Shown: positions 63,804 to 64,000 of the stretch, piece by piece
Numbering within the stretch: position 1 is the stretch's first letter
How the letters are laid out: every line of letters starts with the position of its first letter
DNA from: Eledone cirrhosa
Taxonomy: Eukaryota
Assembly (NCBI GenBank): GCA_964016885.1
Contig: OZ024760.1
Coordinates: 4,464,001-4,528,000 of the forward strand
DNA: 64,000 bases
Reading direction: 5' to 3'
The notes under the pieces: model-generated
Databases searched by the model: none
The model's input: the letters and a program-made list of their open reading frames with translations, nothing else
What the model was told of the DNA's origin: nothing
Position numbers and translations under genes: made by a program

Positions 63804-64000
63804 GTAGGTTGTTGTGGTTGTGGTATAACAAACAGTTGTCATTAATACCTTGTATGTCAGACATGACAACCTCCCTAGTGCTGCTGCCACAGTAAAATGC
63901 ACTTTAAACAAGTAAAGATACTATAAACATTTGAATTAATAAACCTGCTTTAAAATATTTTCTGCTAAATCATTACAGAATGTTAAGAATTAAATGTGAA

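Overview
AT-rich, microsatellite- and transposon-dense animal DNA. The repeat landscape suggests an octopus or other coleoid cephalopod (inference). Three spliced genes can be assembled by hand with consistent intron phases. (1) A selenoprotein glutathione peroxidase of the GPx4/PHGPx type (+, 9425-12521), with in-frame TGA at 10157 and a SECIS at 12604-12676; its first exon is unresolved. (2) BTF3/NAC-beta (-, CDS 38161-31735), with a probable TOP-like non-coding first exon near 50.6 kb. (3) The histone chaperone NASP (+, from 51287 to beyond the window end), head-to-head with BTF3, containing one U12-type intron and one GC-AG intron. Mobile elements include a full-length but mutated CsRn1-clade Ty3/Gypsy LTR retrotransposon (20964-27350, -), a degenerate RTE LINE, an internally deleted piggyBac with about 20 related MITE copies, hAT and TcMar MITEs, tRNA-derived SINEs, and Penelope-like ends with hammerhead motifs. 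The most unusual observation is that the retrotransposon primer-binding site is complementary to 40 nt of tRNA-Trp (the whole 3' half, G37 to CCA) rather than the usual 18 nt or fewer. All calls are manual; no searches were run.
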